A stretch of DNA of 62,322 nt, counting the filler, from Basidiobolus ranarum (taxonomy: Eukaryota): NCBI GenBank assembly GCA_040143965.1. It is 10 parts of 10 records of this genome, joined end to end, with 100 filler letters (N's around TTAATTAATTAA, not from the genome) between each part and the next. Parts side by side here need not be neighbours in the genome. Positions count along the whole stretch, not along the records: positions 12,511 to 18,661 come from JASJQH010001396.1; positions 18,762 to 24,908 come from JASJQH010001397.1; 8 more parts are not named here. One strand, given 5' to 3'. This document shows, piece after piece, positions 12,511 to 24,891 of the stretch. The position numbers and the translations under genes were made by a program. Position 1 is the first letter of the stretch. The number at the start of each line of letters is the position of its first letter. A model generated the notes under the pieces. It searched no databases, was not told the DNA's origin, and saw only the letters and a program-made list of their open reading frames with translations.

Positions 12511-13737
12511 TATAGAAAGATACAAGGCTGAACTGGTAGCAAAGGACTTTTCCCAAACACCAGGAGTAGACTGTAAGGAAACTTTTGCTCTGGTAATAAG
12601 GCCTGGTTCAATTATGCTGATTTAATAATTTCAGCTAAATATCAGTTTGTTACACATCTAACAGTTGCAAAAGCAGCTTTTTGGAATGGTGAGCATGCAG
12701 AGAAGAGCTGTATGGATCTGGCAGATAGATTTGCATAACCAGAAAGCCCTAAAAAAGCTTGCAGACTCCAGGAAACACTCTATGGCTTACAATCTGCAAG
12801 AGCTTGGAATAGGAAGATAAATGCTTTTTTGGAGAAACTCAAATTTCAAATGAGTAAAGCTGACTGAAGTATCTACCCTGGGCAAGATAAGACAAGCCAA
12901 GTCTTATTAACTTTATATGTAAATGACCTTATTATAGCAAACAATGACTTCAAGACTTTGGAGAGAACCAAATCCAGCTTATCTGCCAAATTCAACATGA
13001 ATGATCTGAGCAAACTGACATTTTATCTTGGAATCCAAATCAAGATGGATAGAACTACCAAAAAAAAACTCTAAACCAGTCTAAATATATCCTAGATATA
13101 CTAAAGAAGCTGAAAATTGGAGGATGTAATCCTATATTTGTCTAATGGAGACAAATCATAACTTGACAAAATGTGGGTCAAATCAGATGGGCCTGGATTC
13201 AGATGAAAGCCAGAAATTTGCTTATCAGCATGTGTTAGTTGTTTGATATATACCATGGTTGGAACACTGCCAAATATTGATTATTCTGTGGGAGTAATGT
13301 GCTAATATCTTCAAAATTATATATCTGATCAAATTGTAGTAGCTAAGTTGACTTTCAGATATATAAAAAGTACTGATTTTTGAAAATTACTGTGGATCTA
13401 TACATGACTGCTTGTGAAGCAACAAAAGAAGCAGTAAGGTTAACAAAGCTCTTAAAGATTGGTGCTTTTCTCAAAATTCACCATTTATAATATTTCATGA
13501 TAATCAATGTTGTATCAAAATAGCTAGAAATCCCATGTTTTGTACTAGAAGCAAGCATATAGATATTAGACATCATTCTATTAGAGAAACTATAGAGAAT
13601 AAGTTTATTGACTTAACTAAGTATTCTACAAAAGATATGATTGCTGATATACTAATTAAACTGGGAGTTAGACAGAAATTTGAGAAATTTCAATCTCTCT
13701 TAGGATTAGTTTGTATGACTATTTACTTGAGGGAGAG
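12511..13737 (+). mobile_element. Degenerate Ty1/Copia RT-RNase H with polypurine tract
   Basis: Fragments read IERYKAELVAKDFSQTPGVD, LYVNDLII, RSKHIDIRHHSIRE and DMIADIL, with stops and frameshifts; PPT GAGGGAGAG lies directly before the LTR. Confidence 0.92.
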
Positions 13738-14084
13738 TGTTGAAGTTAGCATTGCCTAAACATCTAAATGGTCATATATAACTTAGTATTCAGTTATCCT
13801 ATATTTCATTAAGATATTGCTCATTATTCTAGACAAGAATTTGGTTGTACTATTTGATCAACTGAGAAGTTCCCAGATATGTGTATTTTTCTAACTTGTG
13901 TTAGAAACCCTAAACTTTGCAAATTTGCTCCTGGAACCTTTCTTAACATATTTGGTTTATTAGTTTGCTTAGATCTTGACAAAACTATATATATCAACTT
14001 TCAATTCAATAAATTAATCAGTGAAAACTACCAACTTCTCTATATCTCTGAACCACTTCCAACAAGCTCCCAAATACTTTAACA
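13738..14084 (+). mobile_element. Copia LTR family A (3' LTR)
   Basis: Reads TGTTGAAG...CTTTAACA, follows the PPT, and is similar to 24541-24879, 50299-50645 (-) and 52272-52541. Confidence 0.9.
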
Positions 14085-14129
14085 AGATCTACCACAAGAT
14101 ACTTATTTCTTTGCTGTAATAGATCTATG

Positions 14130-14352
14130 TCTTGGAACTCAAAGAAACAACCTACCATGGCACTTAAAACAACCAAAGCAGAATACATGGTGGCCTGTAA
14201 AGCAACAAAAGAAGCAATATAATTGAGAAAACACTGAAAGGATCTAGGCTATTGTCAAAATTCACCAACTACAATATTTCAAGACAATCAAACTTGTATC
14301 AAATTAGCTGGAAATCCCACATTTTGTGTTAGAAGCATACATATAGATATTA
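14130..14352 (+). mobile_element. Second degenerate Copia RNase H fragment
   Basis: Reads ALKTTKAEYMVACKATKEAI*LR...IFQDNQTCIKLAGNP...RSIHIDI, paralogous to about 13400-13570. Confidence 0.8.
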
Positions 14353-15335
14353 CGGTTATCACGCTGATGATTATCTTGTGTACTTCAAAATGCGGATGAA
14401 TCTTCAGAGCAAAATATAACCACAAGTTGAAGCGATATTTAGAATGAACATACTTAATGCTATTAAATTTCCAACTTCCTCTTGAAGCGTATTACCTACA
14501 TCACGCTGGTCGTCCCTAGCATTGTACTCCTAACTACTTCATATATCATATCTAAGCTAGTCAGCACGTCTTAGTTGGACAACGCTGAGTACAAAAGTGC
14601 AACATGTATATCTAGAGCCTATGGGAAATCAAGCAAACAGCCAAGGTCCTCTTGTATTTTCAAAATCATCCATATTGGTTTGGCCCTCACCACTGATAAA
14701 TATATTGGATTTTTTTGGCAGGAAACGAACACAGTCACCAGTCCTGCCTGCATGTTGCAATAAGCACATCTTTGTACACATCCAAAAGAATAACCGAACT
14801 GAAATTGGCTTGTTGGACTCGAAATATCAACAGATGGTTATTATGCGAAGCTCCGAAAAGTTGTAGGGTATACATAGGCCCTTCTATTGTGTACATTAGT
14901 GCTTCGCGAGTGTCATATAAACTAGATTTATTTGATCAGAAAGGGGCCAATCGCATGGTTAGATTATGCATCAATTTAACTCATCTGGCTTAACGCGAGA
15001 TTTCCGAGAAAATTTTATTGGCTGAGGCTTTCTCTTTTCATTTCATATTTCTGCTATTCCCTTCACCAGTGAAATAAATTTCAATCCTTTTTTCGAAGAA
15101 AAAAAAGATTCCAACATTGCTGGATATTTCGCTTATTGTTCGTATGTTTTGTCTTTCTTGCAGAGGAAGAAAAGACGTGATAGAATACCAGCAGGGTTAA
15201 AACTAAGTGGTACTAACAAAACCTATAGACATCGTCACTCATAAACCACCTTTTTCTTTTCCTACTACTTCTTGTATAGAGACAAATAGACTTTTGTTCC
15301 CTTTATTCATACTGCCTTCCAACCGTATATTTATC

Positions 15336-18300
15336 ATGGAGGATATATTCTCTAAAGTTCGCACCCAAGTAAAATCCACGCTGGATAACCAAAAGCGTGT
15401 CGCCACAACTCTTTTGGCCGTTGAAAAGACCTTGAAGGAGAAAGATATCGACCCCTCCCCAACCGCTTACTTGACCACTCTTCTCGATTTACTCCAAGAA
15501 CTACCAAGCGTTGAGAGCGCTGAAGAAAATGAAAGTAAAGCAGCTTTGGTATATCTTCTTAGTTTTGTACTTCCCCAGTAAGTATATTTCTGCAACATTC
15601 AGTATTGATCACCCTTCTCTCTACTAAACCCTTACATTACTAGCCTCCCTCAGGATGTACTTAAAGCTGAATATTCACAGTTGTTAACCACTTTCGTTGA
15701 CACTCTTGAAGGTAACAAAACCTCTGCTCCAATCACTCGTGCCACTATCGCTTGTCTGGAAGCTCTGCTTATTGCTCAAGATAGCACCACCTGGAATAAG
15801 GCACCCGCCAAGAAGACTTTCCAATCACTGATGTCACTGTGCCTTGATGGTAGGCCGAAGGTTCGTAGAAGAGCCCACGAGGCAGTTCACAAAATTCTAG
15901 CCCATCCCCCATCCTCTAGTTTCCAACACCCTGCCTCCTTTTCCGCAGCGAAATTCTGTATCAAGGTACTCAAAGAAAGCACCGAAGCTGAGCATAGTTC
16001 CGCTCTTCATATTCTTGCTCTTGCGAAACCTATGCTCTCTGCTTGGCCTTTACCAGAATTTAGCACTTTGTTAGAAGTGTTGTTGCAACTCCCAAAATTC
16101 AACAATGATTATCTCACGGTGGCAGTATTTGAAGTGGTTCAAACGCTCTTCGAACATAGTAATGGTGATTTTGATCAGGAGAAGACTGACGAGTTACTCA
16201 AATCATTGATGGATATGAAGCCTAGTAATACTAATGTCGATCTTTCCATTGCTTGGTTAAAGAGTGTGAATTATGGATATAACGCCTATGCCAAATGTAA
16301 CCCAGAGAAATGCTCCAATCGAATTGGTATGGTGTTCGCACTTGTCTTCCCAGATCTTGCTTGCGACCACCAGCAAATTATCGATGTCGCAGCTGAATGT
16401 TTGTCTAGTATCATTAAAAACTGTGTTACAGATGATTTAATTGCCGGTATCAGTGATAATAAATCCAAAAACTCTTTGAGGAAAATCTCCTCCCTACTGG
16501 AGACTGGGTTGCGCGTTCGTTACAAGTCTGGTTGGCCAGGAGTACTTGCCATTTACAGTACTTTGTTCGAGAAGCTTGGGAGATCTTCTATGCCTCTTCT
16601 TAGCCATGCCATAGAGTTGATTGCTGAGTTGCGAACATCCGGTGCAGAGTGCATAAAAGAGATTGACGTGACACTGGGGTCGATTGTTGCTGTTATTGGA
16701 CCAAAAGAATTTTTGAACCTTCTTCCTTTGAACCTGGAGAAACCTTCATCAGATACTGAGCACATTGAGCGGGCTTGGTTATTGCCAATCCTCAAAGATA
16801 GCATTATCAACACTGAGCTGGAATATTTCGTCAAAGAGCTTGTCCCTCTAACCGAAAGATTACAAGAAGCTGTTCCCAAGTCTACTAACAAAGGAAAAGC
16901 CACCAAGCCTAGCACCCAAGGGGCTCTGGTTCAAGAAATTTGGGCACTGTTGCCAGGATTTTGTAACCTTCCTTACGATTTTATCACCGCATTCGACCAA
17001 GAATTCGCCGAACTTCTAGGAAATAAAATCTACAGTGAACCAGAACTCCGACCCTCTGTCTGCGCTTCCTTACAGATGTTGATTCAAAAGAATATTGAAT
17101 TAAGTAATTCAGAGACTAGCGATGAGGAACTCCAAAAGCAATACCTTATGGATAAGAAGGATGCCCTCGCTAATATTCAACATTTATCTGGATTCTCTAC
17201 CAACTTCTTGGCCATATTTTTCAATATCTTTAGTCAAACACTTCCTCAATCCCGTGACTACCTTTTGGAGATTATCCAATTGTTCTTTAAAGTCACCACC
17301 GAAAGTGATGTCAGTGAGACCTTTACAAAGGTTCATCATCTCTTGGCAGAGGCTTTGAAAAGTCATACACCCGCTTCCAGTGAAGCTCCATCCAAACTCC
17401 CTCCTACGGCTCATACAATGATGGATCTTGCTGTCGCTATGATTGGCTTTTTGAACTCAGAGGACTTGGGTAATTTACTGGAAACCATCATCGCCCTGGT
17501 TGGACAAGAGAATGATGATGTTTTGCAGGAAGTATCGTACAAGGCCATCAATCGTATGTGTGAGTGTGCCAATGGTAAGGAGGTGTTGGTCAGTAATATC
17601 GAAACCATTCAAACCAAACTTTTGGATACCACCCTTACTACCACCTCGTTAGCCAAGGAGGAGCGTCTTAGAGCACTTGCTAGTGTTATCAGAATCTTGC
17701 CTTCCAGTGATCTTAGTATGATCCCCTCCGTCCTTTCGGAAGCTATCGTTGGCACTAAACAAGCCAATGAGACTATACGTAACCTTGCCTATGATCTTCT
17801 GGTTGTCATGGGAAATCGAATGATTGAAGGAGGTACCGTTGTCACTAGTAAGATTGCCGAAATGGATTCCGATGCCCCAGACGCTGAAGCCAGTATTGCG
17901 GAATACTTCACTATGGTTACAGCAGGTCTAGCTGGATCTACACCCAATATGATTTCAGCTACCATCACTTCCCTCTCTAGACTCTTATTCGAATTCCAAT
18001 CGAATCTATCTCAAGCCATTGTCGATGATCTATTAAAGACCATTCATATGTTCGTCGTTTCTGCTAATCGAGAACTAGTCAAATCGGCGCTTGGCTTTGT
18101 TAAGGTTGCTGTTCTTACCCTTGACTCTGAATTCTTGAAACCACATCTTTCCGATATCATAACCGGTATTCTAACATGGTCCCGCGACCATAAAAATCAT
18201 TTTAAGGATAAGGTTCGTCACATCTTCGAAAGATTGATTCGTAAATTTGGTTATGAGGATGTTGCCCAACATATCCCAGAAGAGCATATGGGAATGATCG

Positions 18301-18661
18301 TCAATATCAAGAACAGAAAAGAGCGCGCTAGAAGAGGAAAGAACAAACCAGAGGATAGCGATGATGAGGAAGATGATAGCCCACAAAAGAAATCCGAAAA
18401 CACCTACAATAGTGTCTTGGACAGTAGTGATAGTGAAATGGATGATTCGGATGACGAGGGTAATGCTAAGCCTAGATTCAATAACAAGCGTAGAGGTGAT
18501 AATGATGGAGATTATTCTAGAGATGGTCAAAATAAGAGATATCGGGGTAGAGGCGGTAGTTCACGCGGTGGTAGAGAAGGCCAACGTTTTGGCGATGAAA
18601 ACAGAGGAGAACGCCGTGATTCCCGTCCATATGATAGAAACTCCAGAGTATCTAGAGGCGG
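15336..18661 (+). CDS. RRP12: Ribosome biogenesis HEAT-repeat/NUC173 protein Rrp12, 3'-truncated; intron 15578-15643
   Basis: Motifs SPTAYL, DGRPKVRRRA, LPLNL, RAWLLPILKD, IWALLPGFC, MVTAGLAGSTPNMISA, NRELVKSALGFVKV, KVRHIFERLIRKFG; the GTAAGT..TAG intron joins the 15207 and 15681 ORFs in frame. Confidence 0.94.
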
Positions 18662-18991
18662 NNNNNNNNNNNNNNNNNNNNNNNNNNNNNNNNNNNNNNN
18701 NNNNNTTAATTAATTAANNNNNNNNNNNNNNNNNNNNNNNNNNNNNNNNNNNNNNNNNNNNCAAATGCTATACGAACTGCCAATCCGTTTTCATGTCCAT
18801 ACGGAGCTCACTTCGAACCGTTGACTAGAGAGAAGCAATGAGATCAATTAATTTGTGCTCCATCAAATTGCCCTATATGGTAACCAAATAAGAAGGCAGG
18901 TTTTGGTTATGGCTCCAACTACAAGCACGAGTACCTGAATAGAGTCACTGTATTAGTTGGATAGAATAGTAAACGAGATGAGATGATGTAG

Positions 18992-19090
18992 AAGTGTAGT
19001 AGGAAATCTACATTTGGATACTCCAAACCCACTACGTTTATTTAGGGAAGGAGTGAAGTTACGAATCACGAACTCAACTTTCTGATTTCC
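18992..19090 (-). ncRNA. Candidate compact box H/ACA snoRNA in a putative intron
   Basis: Minus strand, in order: hairpin 1 (ggaa/ttcc lower stem, aagttg/taactt upper stem); H-box AAATAA (19043-19038); hairpin 2 (gtagtggg/cctactac, tttgga/tccaaa); ACA plus 3 nt. Lies between a GTAATT donor (19096) and a CTAATACAG acceptor (about 18948). Confidence 0.35.
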
Positions 19091-20156
19091 AATTACGTGC
19101 ATGGAAGCATCAGGTGTGGCACTTGTTTCTAGGAACGTTAGCACTGATGTGAATCTATGATCATCCACCCAACTGCACTAAATAACTGAAAGAGAGATGT
19201 CCAAATCTTATATTGATGTCTAGCCCGAAAGTGGATGGGAGATATACAAATGCGGGATAGGATTGAAGAAGGTTGCATATTTTGGACCCAGGTGGATGTT
19301 GTTAGAGTATCCACCTGATTTGCTAGAAATGAACGGACGATAGTCCACAGAGAAGTAATTGACCAATGATTGCGCGAATTTCCTAAAACATCTATCCCTC
19401 TTTGTATTGGTCATTTACGGGTGAGCAACTGGGTTCATTGGTAGAAATCCCTCTACCACTACCACTGTCCCAACGCATACCTAGTGGTAGGTATATCGTC
19501 GAACAATGTCGTAGGTGCAAGTGAATCTTGCATCCGTTTCTCTGCTTGCTGACATCTTGGCTGAAGTCGGCTCAGTTTCCTTATTATGTCTTGGGACTAT
19601 ATTAAAGGCGAAGGGACACCCAGTGTTGACTATACACAAATGTGGGTCCAAATGGGTTTTTTAATTTCATGAGTTGCTAAGATGTAGGATGAAACGTCAC
19701 GAATAGAGTGAAAAAGCTGAAAAGAAATCTACAACATTGGGTTACGTAGGCTGATAAGCGCCAAGAAACGTATAAAGAATCAAATTAAAAAAAATATGAT
19801 CAAATACGAATAAATATCGGTAAAGGGGAGTCGGGAATAGCAATAGAAAGAAATAGAAGGAAAAGCGACGGTTGCAGTGGTGTGGTGAGTTTGTGGTGTT
19901 ATGTGTACATAGAATACTGCCTTAAGGTTTTGGAGCTGAAATGATTAGATTAAATGGATAATGATATACGCATACCTGAAATAAGGTGAAAATAAATGTA
20001 ATACGAAAAGTGTTAAAAACATACGGGCCGAACAAAAACTAAAAGTGTTGACTATAGGACAATTGCTACTCGAAGAACGAGTGTCTTGACTGTTAATGCT
20101 ACCCATAAAAATGCATATTAAATGACCTGATCTATGAAGATACTTTTAACGTTGTC

Positions 20157-22149
20157 TCAGACAATAATCGTGCTTTGTTCACCATTGAAGGGATGCCTCC
20201 AACCACATTGAAATTCGTCCGAGTTGTAGACGCGATCATCACTGGTACTCGTGTTGAAACCAACATGGTGCATTAGTAAACTCTTCGAAATAACTAGAGT
20301 TTGGCTACATTCTTGGCATTGGGGGTGAATACCCAAGAGACAGTCCTGAAGTATGATATCGGGGGGAATTTCTGGATCTTCCGTAAGGAGCAGCTGATGG
20401 GCTCTCTGAACAATATGCTGCTTGAAAATCAAACCACTGCCGCCGGTACCAACAAATGCTCCACAATGTTCCGGTACATGCTTGTTGGCATGATACAAGA
20501 CTCTAAGAAATTCGGGCCATGTGTTTTCACAAAGTGGAAAGTCATCTTCGATAATCGAGATATAGGAGGTCTGGTATGTCTCGCTGACCATTTTCATAGC
20601 TTTTGAAAAGTGTAGACGTTGATTCTTCTCAGTACCAGGCTCTTGTACCCATTTGATGTATCTCTGACCTTTACGAGTGCTTTCAAGCGACGATTTGGCT
20701 CTATCGAAGGCTGAATGATTGCTAAAATGGGTATATACTACCATTTGGACTCTGGAGTAAAAAGATTCCAGCGCAGGCTCAGCAGGGAAATGAGATAGAT
20801 AAGATTCGATGGTGTTGGAAAGGAAATCTGGCTCGCCAGGTCGAGGAGCAGTCATCACTAAAAATGTCATTAAATAGCGATCGTCACTGATGGAAGTCAA
20901 GGCTTCAGGGTCGACTTGAATCGGTCGAGTATAAAATACATTGCACATAAGAAGAATGACTGCGGCAATTGCTAAGACGTAGGTGCACCGTTTAAGGGCT
21001 TTGGATAAGAGCTGCCTTAAGTAGGCGGAAGAGTAATTCTGCAAAGCGTTGGGGAAGTGTCTTTGTACTTTTTGACGTTTGATTACGTAGTAAGAGCTCA
21101 TAGTGGCAACAAAACCCACCAAAAGACCGCTAGTACTCCACCAAAAAGAGTTACTTGGGAGGAAGTTCAGCATACACATGAACAATTGGATCCAGACCTT
21201 CGGGACCTTCATACGAGTGTCGACATCTTCTCCATAGTACAGAATATATTTATCTTGAAGATTAACCGATTGAAAGACAAGCATGGAAAACAGGAAAGGT
21301 GATAAGCCTGAAGTTAAGTGTTAGTATTAGGCCATACAACTTAACTAATTGAAGTTCCTTACCTTGACTACACTCATGAAGAGAATCGCTGAAGAAAAGG
21401 ATCGGGAGAGCCCAGCCAGTTCCTCGCGAAAACAAATAACCAATGCACTGTCGCACCAGACTCACACCAATTAATAAACTGATGAAAGTGATAAGGAAAC
21501 GCTTCGTTCCACCCAAAAAGTGGGACAGTGATTCTTCAAATAGACCAAGAGTGAGGAAATTGAGGCCAGAGATCAGGAATCCAATAGGAGAGATAGGGAT
21601 GATGAATGGGGTAAAAAGCAAGCTCATGAACTCCTTGCGATACAAGACAAAGGAAGGTGCGGAGCAGGACCTTGTGGGAAGCATATCGATTGCACTCAGT
21701 AAGGAAAGGAATAATGACAATAAGATAAGGTGACGAGTGATTGTGGGTAAAGGCCATAATGCGAGAATTCTATATTGTTTCCGCTTGGGGTTGATTTTCT
21801 CATCCAGAAAAGGGATTTTAGTTGAAGGGGGTATATCAAAGGCTTGAGACCGTGAGTGTCCGTTGGAGAAGAAACCTTTGACAGAGGCTTCTGTTTTCTT
21901 TTTTTCAGTGTCTTCACTCTCTTTAAATGTGAGCTGAAAAGTAGGCCCGGAGGCTTGTAGAGAAATCGAGGTAGCTCTGCCTCTTGTGTCTCTGGAAAAT
22001 GAATGGTGTTGTGTTTGGTTGTGGTCATGCAAAGGTAAAGAAGGAGTGTCCGTCCATTCAGAAAGTCTTAAAAAATCGTCCTCCTGCACTAAACGGACAG
22101 ACCGACATAAGTGGAGGAGGTTCCAATAATTAGCTTCGTTCCTACTCAT
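20157..22149 (-). CDS. 645-aa membrane protein: rhomboid-like TM domain fused to a GT-A (GT54/MGAT4-like) glycosyltransferase domain; intron 21308-21362
   Basis: The GTAAGG..TTCAG intron joins ORFs 21262..22263 and 20157..21284 in frame (ECSQG|LSPFLFSML). GT motifs: MTAPRPGEPDFLSNTIESYL, IIEDDFPLC, LLMHHVGFNTS. Confidence 0.75.
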
Positions 22150-24540
22150 GTGTCTAGATTTAAGGTTAAAGAGCAAAAACGAGAAGGAACGACGAAAATA
22201 AGAAAAATGAAAGAGAATAGTAAAACCCAAAAAAAAAGTAAATAAGGTATACAGCAGCCTCACAGGTAATATATATAAACTTGGGAGAGGTGAGCTTCGA
22301 TGAACGAATGGATTTCACTTACACTCATTACCAGATTTGGAATGATAACTGGAATAGTCATTAATTTTGATGAGACCTTTTTCTAATTAAGCGATAATAG
22401 GTTGGTGTACAAATGGAGGAGCCATTCATTAAAATGTTACTGATTGTTTACGGAGATAAAAAGCGTATATGGCAAGCAACTGAACTTGAAGCGCTACCAA
22501 GTCCGCTGGGGTATGAAACTGGCATATAGATAGGACTCTTGGGAGCAAGCAGTAGATAGAAGGTATGTAAACAATAGCAACAAGCAATACCAAGCAAGGA
22601 GGTGCAGGCTACGAATAGGGCCCCTGGTTGGTCAAAAGAGAGTTAGTTACTGAATCGACAAAAGGTAGCACGTTATTTGGGAGGCTTCTCAGGGCAATTG
22701 CCAAATGGATTGGCTCATTCGGCTTCAATTGATACCTTAATACGCTGATGGGCTTATTGCACAGTCATGATCATCCTTTTGTTGGCTCCCTTGTGAGTAT
22801 CCGATGATTTTCTCTGGATAAAGATGGGGAAATCGCAATGGAAACACTGGATTGTTAGGATAAGAGCACCTTAAACAGCAGGATTTTAGTGATCTTACTG
22901 CTCGAAGACTATTTCTATTAGTACAATTGGGAAGCGATTGTTGCGACGTGCAGCGTTTGAAATCGATTCGCTCGCCACATAGCATATGCAATGCATAGTT
23001 AAAGTCATGTAGTTCCATGTTATATCTCCTTAGAGTTGACAATAAGGGTGACTTACCGACTGCCTATCACGGTGATTAATGTCCATCGCACTTTTTTGCT
23101 ATTATTATGACAACTTGGTGGAGTCACTAGGAGGATCGCGCGAGTTTTCTTGGCGACTACCCAACGCGTCCACGCGATCATCGGAGACATGAACGCCCAT
23201 CCAATTAGCTGAGGACTCCGCCAGATTCAGTGGCTCAGAGCGAGTTTGTCCAGGAGTAACGGGGTACGGGAACATGAAGTTTGGAAACTTCTTTGGCCAA
23301 GCCCAATTTGGCGGCTGACCCCAACTTGTAATAATAGTATACTCGGCGCAGTAGCACATGGCTATTTCAGTATGAGTTCGATGAGATCTGTGTCATATGT
23401 AGCCGGAATTCCATCCTAAATATAAATGGGTTGAGCCAAGATATTACGAAAGGAGCGTTGAGATTCGGCTTCCTAGATAGTTTCCATGGATAACCTCAGC
23501 CGAATAGCTAACCAGATTTCATTTCATAGATCCAATCACCGGACTTGCGAAGCCCAATGATTTGAAGGGATTTTGAATTTGGCTTAGCAGTCGATTGGTA
23601 TTGTTTACCCCATGTGTTTTCATTTGCCAATATATTTACCTAGTGAGGCCCATTAAGCTGCCGTATCCACTTTTGGTCATATCGGACGCTAAGTCTCCAA
23701 CTTTGATTGGAGTACTGGAGAGGTTCTTAACGGCCACACTATTAGGTCGTTTATATTCTTAATGCCTACATGTGATTGCTGCTGAGTAGTTTCGATGTTG
23801 CACCGCTGTATTGTGTCAAGAATGGAAGAGAATGGTTACACCCCAACTTAGAAGTCGCTTTGGTGCTACCAGCTTGTACCAGAGACAATGGGCTACTTGT
23901 GAGCCAAGAGGTCATGGATGCTCGACACAGACTTTGCATATGTACTTATATTTCCTCAAATCAAAGATCAATACTGTATTCAGTTTGGTCCATTTGTAGT
24001 GGCTAATCTGTGTTCAAGTTATCCTGCTTCCTATCACGTGATAGTTTGATTGGTTGCAAAAGTTTCGACTGCCTTTCTTGCTATACTAGTCACTGTTGGA
24101 GTAACAACCACTCTTCCATAAGTGGGTTTGGCATTTGCCCACAGATGTTGTCGTTGTGTAGCACTACAAGCTCACTTTACACTCTACGCTATGATTTCAA
24201 TTATACCTCTACTGACGGTTGCCACTCTCCTTTGATTAATCAATTGAATCAAGGGGTAGTTGGAAACAAATCAAGCTGCTCAGCCAGTAGTTGACTGTTT
24301 TGAATGTGAGTTCAAAGCAAGCTGCTAGCATGCTTGACATCAGGATGTAGGTGCATGTTATTAGTGTTTTAATACATCCACTGCAAATCAATGTTTGAAG
24401 CTATATTTCCAGTCACGATGATTCAAGTTTGTGATCTCATTTGTGGCTTATTGTATACTAGGATATCATAGAATATGTCTTATTCTCTTACAGGATGCTC
24501 TATACGAGGGTTTTTCAAGATTGAAAATTGCTATACAGCA

Positions 24541-24879
24541 TGTTGAAATTAGCATTGCCTAAGCACCTATATAGTCATATATAGCTTGGTACTTAGTTAT
24601 CTTATATTGAACTAAGATTATTACCCATTATTCTCAAGAGGAATTTACTTGGGATATTTTTACCAACTTAGAAGTTCTCAGGTATATACACTTTTCAAAG
24701 AAGCCCAAACTTTGCACACATGTTCCTGGGACCTTCCTTAACATATTCTACATGTCAATTTGTTTCCATCTTGACAAAACTATAAATGTCAACTTTTTAC
24801 TCAATAAATCAATAAGTGAAAACCACCAATTCCTCTAATTCTCCAAACCATTTCCAACAGGCTCCCAAATACTTTAACA
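24541..24879 (+). mobile_element. Copia LTR family A (5' LTR)
   Basis: Reads TGTTGAAATTAGCATTGCCTAA...CTTTAACA, homologous to 13738-14084, and is followed directly by a primer-binding site. Confidence 0.92.
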
Positions 24880-24891
24880 GGTTATGAGCCC
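24880..24891 (+). promoter_or_regulatory. Primer-binding site GGTTATGAGCCC (complementary to the internal anticodon region of initiator tRNA-Met)
   Basis: Abuts the LTR terminal CA; the same 12-mer abuts a different LTR at 36413-36424; matches the Ty5/Drosophila copia type of PBS. Confidence 0.85.

Noticed and set aside
15008..15016. RRPE-like GAAAATTTT upstream of RRP12
   Set aside because: Fits a ribosome-biogenesis gene, but a short AT-rich word is expected by chance in this composition.
19370..19385. GGAAATTCG (minus strand) as RNase P CR-I, and nearby TCATTTCTA as U3 box A
   Set aside because: No complementary CR-V/P4 partner and no U3 B/C/D boxes were found.
19481..19555. Short ORF MSASRETDARFTCTYDIVRRYTYH as an arginine attenuator peptide uORF
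   Set aside because: Similar length and an FTC word, but it lacks the DY.SDH.W core, and no CPA1 coding sequence is visible downstream.
23105..23359. 84-aa Pro/Trp-rich ORF, and ORFs at 42010-42611 and 37491-38106
   Set aside because: No recognisable domain, signal peptide or consistent splice model.
23820..24020. Possible Tc1/mariner relic on the minus strand (VQAGS...WG)
   Set aside because: Too degenerate; no DDE residues or TIRs could be confirmed by eye.
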